DNA from: Faecalibacterium sp.
GTDB lineage: Bacteria; Bacillota; Clostridia; Oscillospirales; Ruminococcaceae
Assembly (NCBI GenBank): GCA_020025795.1
Contig: JAHHRK010000001.1
Span: forward strand, 1-51,213
Direction: 5' to 3'
Length of the DNA: 51,213 nucleotides
The translations under genes and the position numbers were made by a program. The notes under the pieces are model-generated. The model saw only the letters and a list, made by a program, of their open reading frames with translations. It made no database searches and was not told where the DNA came from. Of this stretch, positions 10,354-19,041 are shown piece after piece (positions within the stretch are counted from its first letter, which is position 1; each line of letters starts with the position of its first letter).

Positions 10354-10755
10354 ATGGCTAACGTTAAGAACACCAAGGGCGTCTCCCGCAAAAAGCGCGA
10401 GCGCAAGAACATTGCCGCCGGCCAGGCTCACATTCAGTCTACGTTCAACAACACTGTTGTTACGATCACTGACCTGCAGGGCAACGCGGTATCCTGGTCC
10501 AGCTGCGGTGCACTGAATTTCCGCGGCAGCCGTAAGAGCACTCCGTTTGCAGCACAGAGCGCAGCTGAAACTGCTGCTAAGGCTGCAATCGAGCACGGCA
10601 TGAAGACCGTCGAAGTTTACGTTAAGGGCCCCGGCAACGGCCGTGAGAGCGCTATCCGTGCTCTGCAGGCTACCGGCCTGGAAGTGACCCTGATCAAGGA
10701 CGTCACCCCCGTTCCTCACAACGGCTGCCGTCCCCCGAAGCGTCGTCGTGTCTGA
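10354..10755 (+). CDS. rpsK: 30S ribosomal protein S11
   Basis: STFNNT...RKSTPFAAQ...[18 protein letters not shown]. Confidence 0.99.
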   Translation: MANVKNTKGVSRKKRERKNIAAGQAHIQSTFNNTVVTITDLQGNAVSWSSCGALNFRGSRKSTPFAAQSAAETAAKAAIEHGMKTVEVYVKGPGNGRESAIRALQATGLEVTLIKDVTPVPHNGCRPPKRRRV

Positions 10756-10775
10756 TTGAAGGAGGAAAATGAATT

Positions 10776-11381
10776 ATGGCTAAGAATAATCAGCCTATTG
10801 CAAAGCGCTGCAAGGCTCTGGGCATTTCTCCTGCAGTCATGGGCTATGCCAAGAAGAACACTACCCGCAACTCCAGCAACAACAACTTCCGTAAGAAGAA
10901 GTCTGAGTACGCTTGCCAGCTGCAGGAAAAGCAGAAGGTCAAGTTCATCTACGGCGTTCTGGAGAAGCAGTTTGCTAACTACTTCGACGAAGCAGCTCGT
11001 CGCCCCGGCCAGACCGGTGAGAACCTGCTGCAGATGCTGGAGACCCGCCTGGACAACGTTGTTTTCCGCCTGGGCTTTGCATCTACCCGTCGTGACGCTC
11101 GCCAGCTGGTGAGCCACGCACACTTCACCGTCAACGGCAAGAAGGTCAACATCCCCTCTTACCTGGTGAAGGCTGGCGACGTGATCGAAGTTCGTGAGAG
11201 CAGCCGCTCTTCCGTCAAGTTCAGCAAGCTGACCGGTGCTGAGGCTCCCATCGTTGCTCTGCCTTCTTGGCTGAGCCGTGAGCAGGGCAGCCTGAAGGGC
11301 ATCGTCACCAAGCTGCCTGAGCGTAGCGATGTCGACTTCGAGGTTCAGGAGCACCTGATCGTCGAGTTGTACTCCAAGTAA
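10776..11381 (+). CDS. rpsD: 30S ribosomal protein S4
   Basis: QLQEKQK...LETRLDNVVFRLG...ARQLVSH...IVELYSK. Confidence 0.99.
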   Translation: MAKNNQPIAKRCKALGISPAVMGYAKKNTTRNSSNNNFRKKKSEYACQLQEKQKVKFIYGVLEKQFANYFDEAARRPGQTGENLLQMLETRLDNVVFRLGFASTRRDARQLVSHAHFTVNGKKVNIPSYLVKAGDVIEVRESSRSSVKFSKLTGAEAPIVALPSWLSREQGSLKGIVTKLPERSDVDFEVQEHLIVELYSK

Positions 11382-11485
11382 TCCATTACAGGTTTTGCAC
11401 CTGTGGTGCATTACCTGGTTCTTAGAATCAAGAATGAGAATGGGCTGCGGCCCTTTGGCCGCAGTTTTACAAGGAGGGCATTGAT

Positions 11486-12442
11486 ATGATGGAGATTGAA
11501 CGTCCCAGAATCGAAACGGTAAGCCTGTCTCCCGATGGCCGCTACGGCAAGTTCGTAGCTGAGCCCCTGGAGCGCGGCTTTGGCATCACGCTGGGCAACA
11601 GCCTGCGTCGCGTGCTGCTTTCTTCTCTGCCCGGTGTGGCAGTCACCAGCGTCAAGATCGACGGTGTGGTTCACGAATTCTCTACCATTGAAGGCGTGAA
11701 GGAAGACGTTACCGAAATCGTCTTGAACCTGAAGGGTATTGCCGCACAGCTGTACACCGATGGCCCCAAGACGGTTCGCATTGAAGCAGTCGGCCCGTGC
11801 GAAGTCACCGCCGGCAGCATCAAGCAGGGCGACGAGATCGAGATCCTGAACCCCGAGTGGCACATTGCCCAGCTGGGTGAGGGTGGCAAGCTTGTGATGG
11901 AGCTCACCTTTGATAAGGGCCGCGGCTATGTCCCGGCAGAGCGCAACAAGCAGGCGATCGTTGAGAAGAACGATATCAATACGTTGCCCGTGGACAGCAT
12001 CTATACCCCTGTGCTCAAGGTGAACTACAACGTTGAGAACACTCGCGTTGGCCAGATCACCGATTACGATAAACTGACCCTTGAGATTTGGACTGACGGT
12101 ACGATCAGTGCAAAAGAGGCTGTAAGCCTGGCTGCACGTGTTCTGACCGAGCACCTGAATTTGTTCGTCAACCTGTCTGAGCAGGTCGCTGGCGTGGACA
12201 TCATGGTAGAAAAGCCGGATCAGGACAAGAGCAAAGCTCTGGAGATGACCATCGAAGAGCTGGATCTGAGCGTCCGTTCCTTCAACTGCCTGAAGCGTGC
12301 CGGCATCAACACTGTTGAGGACCTGGTAAGCAAGAGCGAAGAAGAAATGATGAAGGTCCGTAATCTCGGCCGTAAGAGCCTGGAGGAAGTCGTTGCGAAA
12401 CTGGATTCGCTGGGCTTCCAACTGAGCCAGGACGATGACTGA
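11486..12442 (+). CDS. rpoA: RNA polymerase alpha subunit
   Basis: [22 protein letters not shown]...[15 protein letters not shown]. Confidence 0.99.
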   Translation: MMEIERPRIETVSLSPDGRYGKFVAEPLERGFGITLGNSLRRVLLSSLPGVAVTSVKIDGVVHEFSTIEGVKEDVTEIVLNLKGIAAQLYTDGPKTVRIEAVGPCEVTAGSIKQGDEIEILNPEWHIAQLGEGGKLVMELTFDKGRGYVPAERNKQAIVEKNDINTLPVDSIYTPVLKVNYNVENTRVGQITDYDKLTLEIWTDGTISAKEAVSLAARVLTEHLNLFVNLSEQVAGVDIMVEKPDQDKSKALEMTIEELDLSVRSFNCLKRAGINTVEDLVSKSEEEMMKVRNLGRKSLEEVVAKLDSLGFQLSQDDD

Positions 12443-12467
12443 TTTATTATTAAAGGAGTGAAACGGG

Positions 12468-12809
12468 ATGCCCGGTACTAGAAAGCTCGGTCGCGCTAGC
12501 GACAGCCGCAACGCTATGCTGCGCGCTATGGTGACCTACCTGTTGGAGAACGGCAAGATCGAAACCACCGTTCCCCGTGCCAAAGACGTTCGTTCTATGG
12601 CTGAAAAGATGATCACCCTGGGTAAGAGCAGCGACCTGCACACCAAGCGTCAGGTTTACAGCTACATCACCAAGGAAGACGTTGCTAAGAAGCTGTTCGA
12701 TGAGATCAGCCCCAAGTATGCTGACCGCAACGGTGGTTACACCCGCATCATCAAGATCGGTGTCCGCCGCGGTGACGCTGCTGAGATGGCAATCCTGGAG
12801 CTGGTCTGA
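12468..12809 (+). CDS. rplQ: 50S ribosomal protein L17
   Basis: RKLGR...IETTVPRAK...[10 protein letters not shown]...RRGDAAEMA. Confidence 0.99.
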   Translation: MPGTRKLGRASDSRNAMLRAMVTYLLENGKIETTVPRAKDVRSMAEKMITLGKSSDLHTKRQVYSYITKEDVAKKLFDEISPKYADRNGGYTRIIKIGVRRGDAAEMAILELV

Positions 12810-12841
12810 TAAAACAGACGGCACCATACTGCTGTGATCTG

Positions 12842-12878
12842 GAAGCTCTCTGGCTGAAAAGCCGGGGAGCTTCTTTTT
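12842..12878 (+). terminator. Intrinsic terminator of the alpha operon
   Basis: GAAGCTCTCTGGCT-gaaa-AGCCGGGGAGCTTC-TTTTT. Confidence 0.85.
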
Positions 12879-12955
12879 ACGTATTTGCACATAGCATCGA
12901 AAGTTGGGCAATAGAATAAATTTGTCTGATTTTACAAAGAAATCGGGATTTTCTG

Positions 12956-12984
12956 TTTACTTACGCCGAAAAATGTGCTATTAT
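12956..12984 (+). promoter_or_regulatory. Promoter for S-box/metK
   Basis: TTTACT-N17-TATTAT with extended -10 TG. Confidence 0.65.
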
Positions 12985-13008
12985 CCTACTTGCACAACAG
13001 AATAGCAA

Positions 13009-13103
13009 CTTATCAAGAGTGGCAGAGGGGACAGGCCCTGTGAAGCCCGACAACCTGCATGAAAATGTAAGGTGCCAATTCCTGCGGGAAACCGAAAGAT
13101 AAG
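13009..13103 (+). ncRNA. SAM-I (S-box) riboswitch aptamer
   Basis: CTTATCAAGAG..GAGGG..GGCCC.GTGAAGCCC.ACAACC...AAGGTGCCAATTCC...AAAGATAAG matches the S-box consensus; upstream of metK. Confidence 0.96.
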
Positions 13104-13109
13104 CGTCAC

Positions 13110-13140
13110 ACGCTCAGGTTTCGGCCTGAGCGTTTTATTA
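13110..13140 (+). terminator. Riboswitch expression-platform terminator
   Basis: ACGCTCAGGT-ttcg-GCCTGAGCGT-TTTATT immediately after the aptamer. Confidence 0.85.
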
Positions 13141-13204
13141 TCTGGAAAAACCACAGTTGCCTTTCTGTACAACACCATTTTGTAGTATGAAAAGGAGAAC
13201 GATT

Positions 13205-14362
13205 ATGGCAAGACATTTCTTTACTTCCGAATCCGTTACCGAGGGACATCCCGACAAAATCTGCGACCAGATTTCGGATGCAATCCTGGACGAGATCCTG
13301 GCAAATGATCCGGGTGCTCGCGTTGCTTGCGAGACCTGCGCTTCCACCGGCCTGGTGCATATCATGGGCGAAATCACCACTTCCTGCTATGTGGACTTTC
13401 AGAAGATCGTCCGCGAGGTCGTGCGTGATATCGGCTACACCCGCGCAAAGTTCGGCTTTGACTGCGATACCTGCGCTGTGATCTCCAATGTGGATGGTCA
13501 GAGCCCCGACATTGCCATGGGCACCAACGATGAAGTTGGCGGCGCTGGCGACCAGGGTATGATGTTCGGTTACGCTTGCAATGAGACTCCTGAGCTGATG
13601 CCTATGCCCATCAGCCTGGCACACAAGCTGTGCCTGAAGCTGACTGAGGTCCGCAAGAGTGGCCTGCTGGACTACCTGCGTCCGGACGGCAAGAGCCAGG
13701 TCACCGTGGAATACGTTGACGGCAAGCCCGTTCGCGTGGACACCGTGGTTATCTCCAGCCAGCACAGCGAGGACATCAGCACCGAGCAGCTGCGTGCTGA
13801 CATTCTGGAGCACGTTATCAAGGCTACCATCCCCGCAGAGCTGATGGACGAGAACACCAAGTTCCACATCAACCCCACCGGTCGTTTCGTCGTGGGTGGC
13901 CCTCAGGGCGACTCCGGCCTGACTGGCCGTAAGATCATCGTGGATACCTACGGCGGTTACGCACGCCACGGCGGCGGCGCATTCTCCGGCAAGGACCCCA
14001 GCAAGGTGGACCGCAGCGCTGCTTACGCAACCCGTTGGGTCGCTAAGAACATCGTTGCTGCTGGCCTGGCTTCCAAGTGCGAAGTTCAGGTTGCTTACGC
14101 AATCGGCGTCGCAAAGCCCGTTTCTATCCTGGTGGATACCTTCGGCACCGGCACCGTTGCAGACGAAATCATCGAAGCTGCTGTGGAGAAGGTCTTTGAC
14201 CTGACCCCCGCTGCAATCATTCGTGATCTGGATCTGCGCAAGCCCATCTACCGCGCACTGGCAGCTTATGGCCACATGGGCCGTGAGGACCTGGGCGTGA
14301 AGTGGGAAGAGACCAACCGCGTTCAGGAACTGAAGGACGCTGTTGCAGCCCTGCAGGCTTAA
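13205..14362 (+). CDS. metK: S-adenosylmethionine synthetase
   Basis: [35 protein letters not shown]. Confidence 0.99.
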   Translation: MARHFFTSESVTEGHPDKICDQISDAILDEILANDPGARVACETCASTGLVHIMGEITTSCYVDFQKIVREVVRDIGYTRAKFGFDCDTCAVISNVDGQSPDIAMGTNDEVGGAGDQGMMFGYACNETPELMPMPISLAHKLCLKLTEVRKSGLLDYLRPDGKSQVTVEYVDGKPVRVDTVVISSQHSEDISTEQLRADILEHVIKATIPAELMDENTKFHINPTGRFVVGGPQGDSGLTGRKIIVDTYGGYARHGGGAFSGKDPSKVDRSAAYATRWVAKNIVAAGLASKCEVQVAYAIGVAKPVSILVDTFGTGTVADEIIEAAVEKVFDLTPAAIIRDLDLRKPIYRALAAYGHMGREDLGVKWEETNRVQELKDAVAALQA

Positions 14363-14371
14363 GTATCTTAT

Positions 14372-14410
14372 AAAAAAGGCCACTCGCTTTAAAAGTGAGC
14401 GGCCTTTTTT
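14372..14410 (+). terminator. Terminator after metK
   Basis: AAAAAAGGCCACTCGCTT...AAGTGAGCGGCCTTTTTT. Confidence 0.8.
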
Positions 14411-14619
14411 CGTGCAAAAGAGTTTTGATACGGTAAAGTTCTTGTAAAAAACAGCTAGGTTACATTCCTTTTTTGGAAAATACCTGTGCAAAGCACAGAA
14501 AATGTAAAAGCGTGTCGAAAGATTGTGCCAAGTGACGAAAAATATGTTAGAATGAGAATTAGTGACAATACTGAAAATGCTGTGAGAAATGGAATTAAAT
14601 GACAAAAGGAGCTGCACCT

Positions 14620-15780
14620 ATGTCTAACAAAAACATGAAACCGCAAGAGTTTTTCTCTGTCAATACCCAGGTCGCTGATCTGGCTCTGATCGCCTGCCCC
14701 GGCGCTGAAGAACTGACCAATCAGATTGACCAGTTCCTGGTGAACTGGGCAAAGCAGGCTGGTATGGACGTTGAGAGCTTTATCGTTTCCTGCGATTGCC
14801 CTCGTTTCCAGAGCGGCGATGCAAAGGGCCTGGTCAAGGAGTCTGTCCGTGGCGATGATATCTACATCGTTGTGGACCCGGGCAATTACAGCGTTACCTA
14901 CAAGCTGTTCGGCTACGAGAACCACCTGTCTCCGGACGATCACTTCGCAAACCTGAAGCGTATCATCCAGGCAGTTGCAGGCCGTGCACACCGCGTGTCT
15001 GTCATCATGACCAGCCTGTACGGTGGCCGTCAGCATCGTCGTATGGTGCGTGAGAGCCTGGACTGCGCTGTTGCCCTGCAGGAACTGCAGAGCATGGGCG
15101 TTCAGAACATCATCACCTTTGACGCACACGATCCGCGCCTGCAGAACGCTGTGCCTCTGATGAGCTTCGACAACGTTATGCCTACTTACCAGGTTCTGAA
15201 GTGCCTGCTGCGCAACATGCCCGACCTGAGCTTTGACAAGGACGACTTTATCGTCATCAGCCCGGACGAAGGCGCTATCAACCGCAATATGTACTTCTCC
15301 AGCGTGCTGGGCTGCAACCTGGGTATGTTCTACAAGCGCCGTGACTACACCCGCGTTGTCAACGGCCGTAACCCCATCGTTGCACACGAGTACCTGGGCG
15401 AATCTGTGGAAGGCAAGACCGTCTTTATCGCAGACGACATCATCGCATCCGGCGAGAGCATGCTGGAAGTTGCGCGCGAGCTGAAGAAGCGCGGTGCAGC
15501 ACGCATCATCACCGACGCAACCTTCCCGCTGTTTACCGGCGGCCTGGAGAAGTTCGATGAAGCTTACAAGGAAGGCATCATCACTGCTGTGGTTGGCACC
15601 AACGTGACCTACCGCACCCCCGAACTGCTGAGCCGTGAGTGGTACTTCGACGCTGATATGTCCAAGTACATCGCTTACTTTGTTGCAGCTCTGAACCACG
15701 AGATGTCCGTTTCCCGCCTGTGCGATCCCATCAAGAAGATCCAGGCTCTGTTGGAAAAGAATAATCACAAGGTCGGCTAA
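14620..15780 (+). CDS. prs: Ribose-phosphate pyrophosphokinase (long clostridial form)
   Basis: RFQSGDAK...ESVRGDD, FDAHD, ISPDEGA, PRPP loop ADDIIASGES. Confidence 0.9.
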   Translation: MSNKNMKPQEFFSVNTQVADLALIACPGAEELTNQIDQFLVNWAKQAGMDVESFIVSCDCPRFQSGDAKGLVKESVRGDDIYIVVDPGNYSVTYKLFGYENHLSPDDHFANLKRIIQAVAGRAHRVSVIMTSLYGGRQHRRMVRESLDCAVALQELQSMGVQNIITFDAHDPRLQNAVPLMSFDNVMPTYQVLKCLLRNMPDLSFDKDDFIVISPDEGAINRNMYFSSVLGCNLGMFYKRRDYTRVVNGRNPIVAHEYLGESVEGKTVFIADDIIASGESMLEVARELKKRGAARIITDATFPLFTGGLEKFDEAYKEGIITAVVGTNVTYRTPELLSREWYFDADMSKYIAYFVAALNHEMSVSRLCDPIKKIQALLEKNNHKVG

Positions 15781-15792
15781 TCAATTTTGCAT

Positions 15793-15831
15793 AAAAAAGG
15801 CACCTCTGCACCGTGCAGAGGTGCCTTTTTT
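15793..15831 (+). terminator. Terminator after prs
   Basis: AAAAAAGGCACCTCTGCA-ccg-TGCAGAGGTGCCTTTTTT. Confidence 0.9.
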
Positions 15832-16295
15832 GCTTGAAAAGAGACAATATGTGTGGCCGCAGACATTCAGACAATATTAAGAAAACAGGCAGAATATCAA
15901 GACGGCATAAAGGCAAAAAAATGCAACGAGAAGTACGCTGTTGTGAGAAACAATAAAAAAAACACAAAAAAATGGGAACTCTGCCAAAAACAAACTGATT
16001 TTCATAAAAAATTAACAAAATGTTGATGGTGGAGCGATAAATCGTAACGAAAAATCATGTATGATACCTAGGAAAAAAGTGCAGCCACAGGGAAAAACGC
16101 ACAAAATCTATGCCACGATCCTTGCAGATATCGGAAATTTGTCTGGAAAACTGGCCTGGAATGTGCTATAATATGCCCATGCGTTGCCATTTGAACGCAG
16201 CTTCGAAAAACTGCAGCAGTTTTCTGAAAGTGAGCAGAAAACTGGTGCATGGTTGCAGCCGGAGAGAGAGGCGCACCGGAAAGGAATAAGCACAG

Positions 16296-16781
16296 ATGAA
16301 AATCGGAATGTGGGAATTGGTTGTTATCGTGGTTGTAGCGATGATCTTCATCGGACCGGATAAGTTGCCCGAATATGCTCGTATGGCAGGTAAGTGGCTG
16401 CGTCAGCTGCGTACTTATACCGATACGGCAACCAAGGAAGTAAAGGAAATCACCGAACCGCTGAAGGAAATGACCGAGCCGCTGAAGGAGATCACCGATC
16501 CCCTCAACGCAATCAAAAAGGACATTACGGACAGTATGAACGATGTGACCAAGAGCATCGACAGCATCGGCAAGGAGCCTTCCAAGACGGAGCAGGCACG
16601 CAAGGCTGCTGCTGAGGAAGAAGTTGTTGAGCTGGAAGAAATCGCACCCGAAGCAGAAGCAGCAGAGGCTGTTGCCGCAATCGATGCCATCGGCAATGCG
16701 GCCGAAGCAGCACCTGCAGAACAGGCTGAGCCTGCAGCAGAAGAAGTTGCACCTGCCGCTGAGGAAACGGCATCCGTTTAA
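16296..16781 (+). CDS. tatB: TatA/TatB-family protein, TatB-like with long acidic tail
   Basis: MKIGMWELVVIVVVAMIFIGPDKLP + amphipathic helix; first gene of the tat operon. Confidence 0.75.
   Translation: MKIGMWELVVIVVVAMIFIGPDKLPEYARMAGKWLRQLRTYTDTATKEVKEITEPLKEMTEPLKEITDPLNAIKKDITDSMNDVTKSIDSIGKEPSKTEQARKAAAEEEVVELEEIAPEAEAAEAVAAIDAIGNAAEAAPAEQAEPAAEEVAPAAEETASV
16443..16505 (+). repeat. 3 x 21-bp imperfect tandem repeat (KEITEPL/KEMTEPL/KEITDPL)
   Basis: aaggaaatcaccgaaccgctg / aaggaaatgaccgagccgctg / aaggagatcaccgatcccctc. Confidence 0.9.
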
Positions 16782-16876
16782 TTTAGTCGCAGCTGCGCTT
16801 GATATGAGGGCAGTAGCAATATAAAGTGAAAGTTGGCCTGACGGCAAAGCTGGACGGCCCAAAAAGGAGAGTACTT

Positions 16877-17074
16877 ATGAGAATCGGAACCCAAGAATTG
16901 ATGATCATCCTGCTGGTTGTCCTGATTATTTTTGGACCCAAGCAGCTGCCGAAGCTGGGCAAGATGTTCGGCAAGACCATGCGTAACTTCAAGGACGGCA
17001 TCAGCGAGGCTGCTGACGACGACGATGAAGCACCCGCAGAAAAGAAGGAAGCAAAGACTGAGGATAAAGAGTAA
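16877..17074 (+). CDS. tatA: Twin-arginine translocase TatA
   Basis: MRIGTQELMIILLVVLIIFGPKQLPKLGKMFGKTMRNFK; SD AGGAG. Confidence 0.93.
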   Translation: MRIGTQELMIILLVVLIIFGPKQLPKLGKMFGKTMRNFKDGISEAADDDDEAPAEKKEAKTEDKE

Positions 17075-17077
17075 GAT

Positions 17078-17866
17078 ATGGCCAAAACACTGACGAAAAA
17101 AGCGGCAGTGGAACGAGACGGCAGTATGAGCCTTGGTGGCCACATGAAGGAACTGCGCAATCGCCTGGCGGTTTGCGCAGCAGTCTTTGTAATCGGCACG
17201 GTGTACTTTCTGGCAAATGCCGCTAAGCTGGTTACGCTGCTGGCCGATATGGGCAGAGTGTATGGATATCAGTTTGTTGTGATTTCCCCGCAGGAAAAAC
17301 TGTTGCAGTATTTCCGCCTGGCAATCATGGCTGCCATTATCCTTACTATTCCTGTTATACTGTATCAGATTTGGGCCTTTGCAAAGCCGGGCCTGAAAAA
17401 AAGCGAAAATCTGTTTTTCGGTATGACTCTGCTGTTGGGTCTGGGTCTGTTCTGCGTAGGTGTGCTTTTTGCCTACAAGGTCACCCTGCCCTTTATGCTG
17501 AACTTCCTGATTACACTGGAAGGTACCGATTTTATTACAGCGCAAATCAGTATTGCAAGCTATCTGAGCTTCGTTTTGATGATTTTTACCATTTTCGGAT
17601 GTATTTTTGAAATCCCGCTGGTAACTATCATCCTGGCAAAGCTGGGTATTGCAAGCCCCACGCTGATGAAAAAAGGCCGCGGTGTCGCAATCGTGATTTG
17701 CTTCTTTGTCGCTGCAGTCATTACTCCTCCGGATATTGTATCGCAGACCCTGGTGGCTATTCCCATGGTTCTGCTGTATCAAATCTCCATCTGGCTGGCA
17801 AAGATTTTCTACAAGCCCCATCTGGATGATGACGATGAGGATGACGAAGAAACTGACGAAGATTGA
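17078..17866 (+). CDS. tatC: Twin-arginine translocase TatC
   Basis: MSLGGHMKELRNRL, YQIWAFAKPGL, FEIP, AAVITPPD. Confidence 0.97.
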   Translation: MAKTLTKKAAVERDGSMSLGGHMKELRNRLAVCAAVFVIGTVYFLANAAKLVTLLADMGRVYGYQFVVISPQEKLLQYFRLAIMAAIILTIPVILYQIWAFAKPGLKKSENLFFGMTLLLGLGLFCVGVLFAYKVTLPFMLNFLITLEGTDFITAQISIASYLSFVLMIFTIFGCIFEIPLVTIILAKLGIASPTLMKKGRGVAIVICFFVAAVITPPDIVSQTLVAIPMVLLYQISIWLAKIFYKPHLDDDDEDDEETDED

Positions 17867-17886
17867 TCTCGTTTCCATCAGAATTC

Positions 17887-17922
17887 AAAAAGGCACTGCC
17901 CTGCACAGGGTGGTGCCTTTTT
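17887..17922 (+). terminator. Terminator after tatC
   Basis: AAAAAGGCACTGCCCTG..CAGGGTGGTGCCTTTTT. Confidence 0.8.
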
Positions 17923-18019
17923 CATGTTAGAAAAAACAATTGTCTATGCCCCTGTGCCCACAACTATGTTATACTAAAAGCAATAAGCCAATCGGCACGC
18001 GAAAAGGAGAATGGACGTT

Positions 18020-18967
18020 ATGAAAGAATATGCATTTGGCATTGATTTGGGCGGCACAACCGCGAAAATCGGCTTGTTTCATGTAACCGGTACTCTGTTG
18101 GAAAAGTGGGAAGTCCCCACGGACACCTCTGAAAACGGTGCACATATCCTGCCGAATCTGGCTGCCAGCGTAAAGAGCAAAATGGAAGAAAAGCAGCTGA
18201 CGGCCGAGCAGGTCGTGGGCGTAGGCATCGGTGTGCCCGGTCCTGTTATAAAGGACAGCTATGTGCCTATCATTTGCGCAAACCTGGGTGGCTGGGGCAA
18301 GCTGGATGTTGCACAGACACTGAGCGAGCTGCTGGATGGTATGTCTGTTAAGGTCGGCAACGACGCTAACATTGCTGCTCTGGGCGAAATCTGGGTCGGT
18401 ACCGCAAAGGGCTGCCACAGTATGGTTATGGTTACTTTGGGCACCGGTGTTGGCGGTGGCGTAATCGTGAACGGTAACGTGATCTGCGGCGAGCATGGTG
18501 CAGGCGGCGAAATCGGCCATATTACGGTCAACCGCCACGAGACGGCATCCTGCGGCTGCGGCAAGAAAGGCTGCCTGGAGCAGTACTCCAGCGCAACCGG
18601 TATCGTTCGCTGCATGAAGAAGCTGCTGGAAGAAAGCGATGCACCCAGTGTACTGCGTGGCCGCGACTTTACCGCAAAGGACGTTCTGGACGCAGCGCGT
18701 GACGGCGATGCACTGGCTTTGCAGGAGCTGCACGACTGCGCAGACCTGCTGGGCTTTGCACTGTCCAGCATTGCAGCAACCGTTGACCCTGAAATGTTCC
18801 TGCTGGGCGGCGGCGTGAGCCGTGCCGGTGATATTCTGGTGAATGCGGTTACCGAAGCATATCAGAAGTATTGCTTCAGCGCAATCCGCGAGATTCCCAT
18901 CAAGGTTGCTTCTCTGGGCAACGATGCGGGCATTTGCGGCGCGGTTCGTCTGGTTAAGGGCGAATGA
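18020..18967 (+). CDS. ROK-family glucokinase
   Basis: GIDLGGT, NDANIAALGE, TLGTGVGGG, GEIGH...CGCGKKGCLE. Confidence 0.92.
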   Translation: MKEYAFGIDLGGTTAKIGLFHVTGTLLEKWEVPTDTSENGAHILPNLAASVKSKMEEKQLTAEQVVGVGIGVPGPVIKDSYVPIICANLGGWGKLDVAQTLSELLDGMSVKVGNDANIAALGEIWVGTAKGCHSMVMVTLGTGVGGGVIVNGNVICGEHGAGGEIGHITVNRHETASCGCGKKGCLEQYSSATGIVRCMKKLLEESDAPSVLRGRDFTAKDVLDAARDGDALALQELHDCADLLGFALSSIAATVDPEMFLLGGGVSRAGDILVNAVTEAYQKYCFSAIREIPIKVASLGNDAGICGAVRLVKGE

Positions 18968-18990
18968 TGCTGAAAGAATAAAACACGTTA

Positions 18991-19025
18991 AAAGGCCCCT
19001 GGCAGACGCTCTGCCAGGGGCCTTT
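18991..19025. terminator. Bidirectional terminator between convergent ROK and ABC genes
   Basis: AAAGGCCCCTGGCAGA-cgc-TCTGCCAGGGGCCTTT. Confidence 0.85.
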
Positions 19026-19041
19026 GCTATATTTACGTGAT

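Noticed and set aside
4125..15768. Long antisense ORFs (e.g. 6319-8247, 13106-14617, 14455-15768)
   Set aside because: Shadows of highly biased sense genes; no motifs or SD
16039..16060. AAATCGTAA resembling a Zur half-site
   Set aside because: Second half-site absent
16260..16290. GGAGAGA...CACCGGAAAGG resembling a glycine riboswitch
   Set aside because: Lacks the P2/P3 stems and CUCUCAGG element
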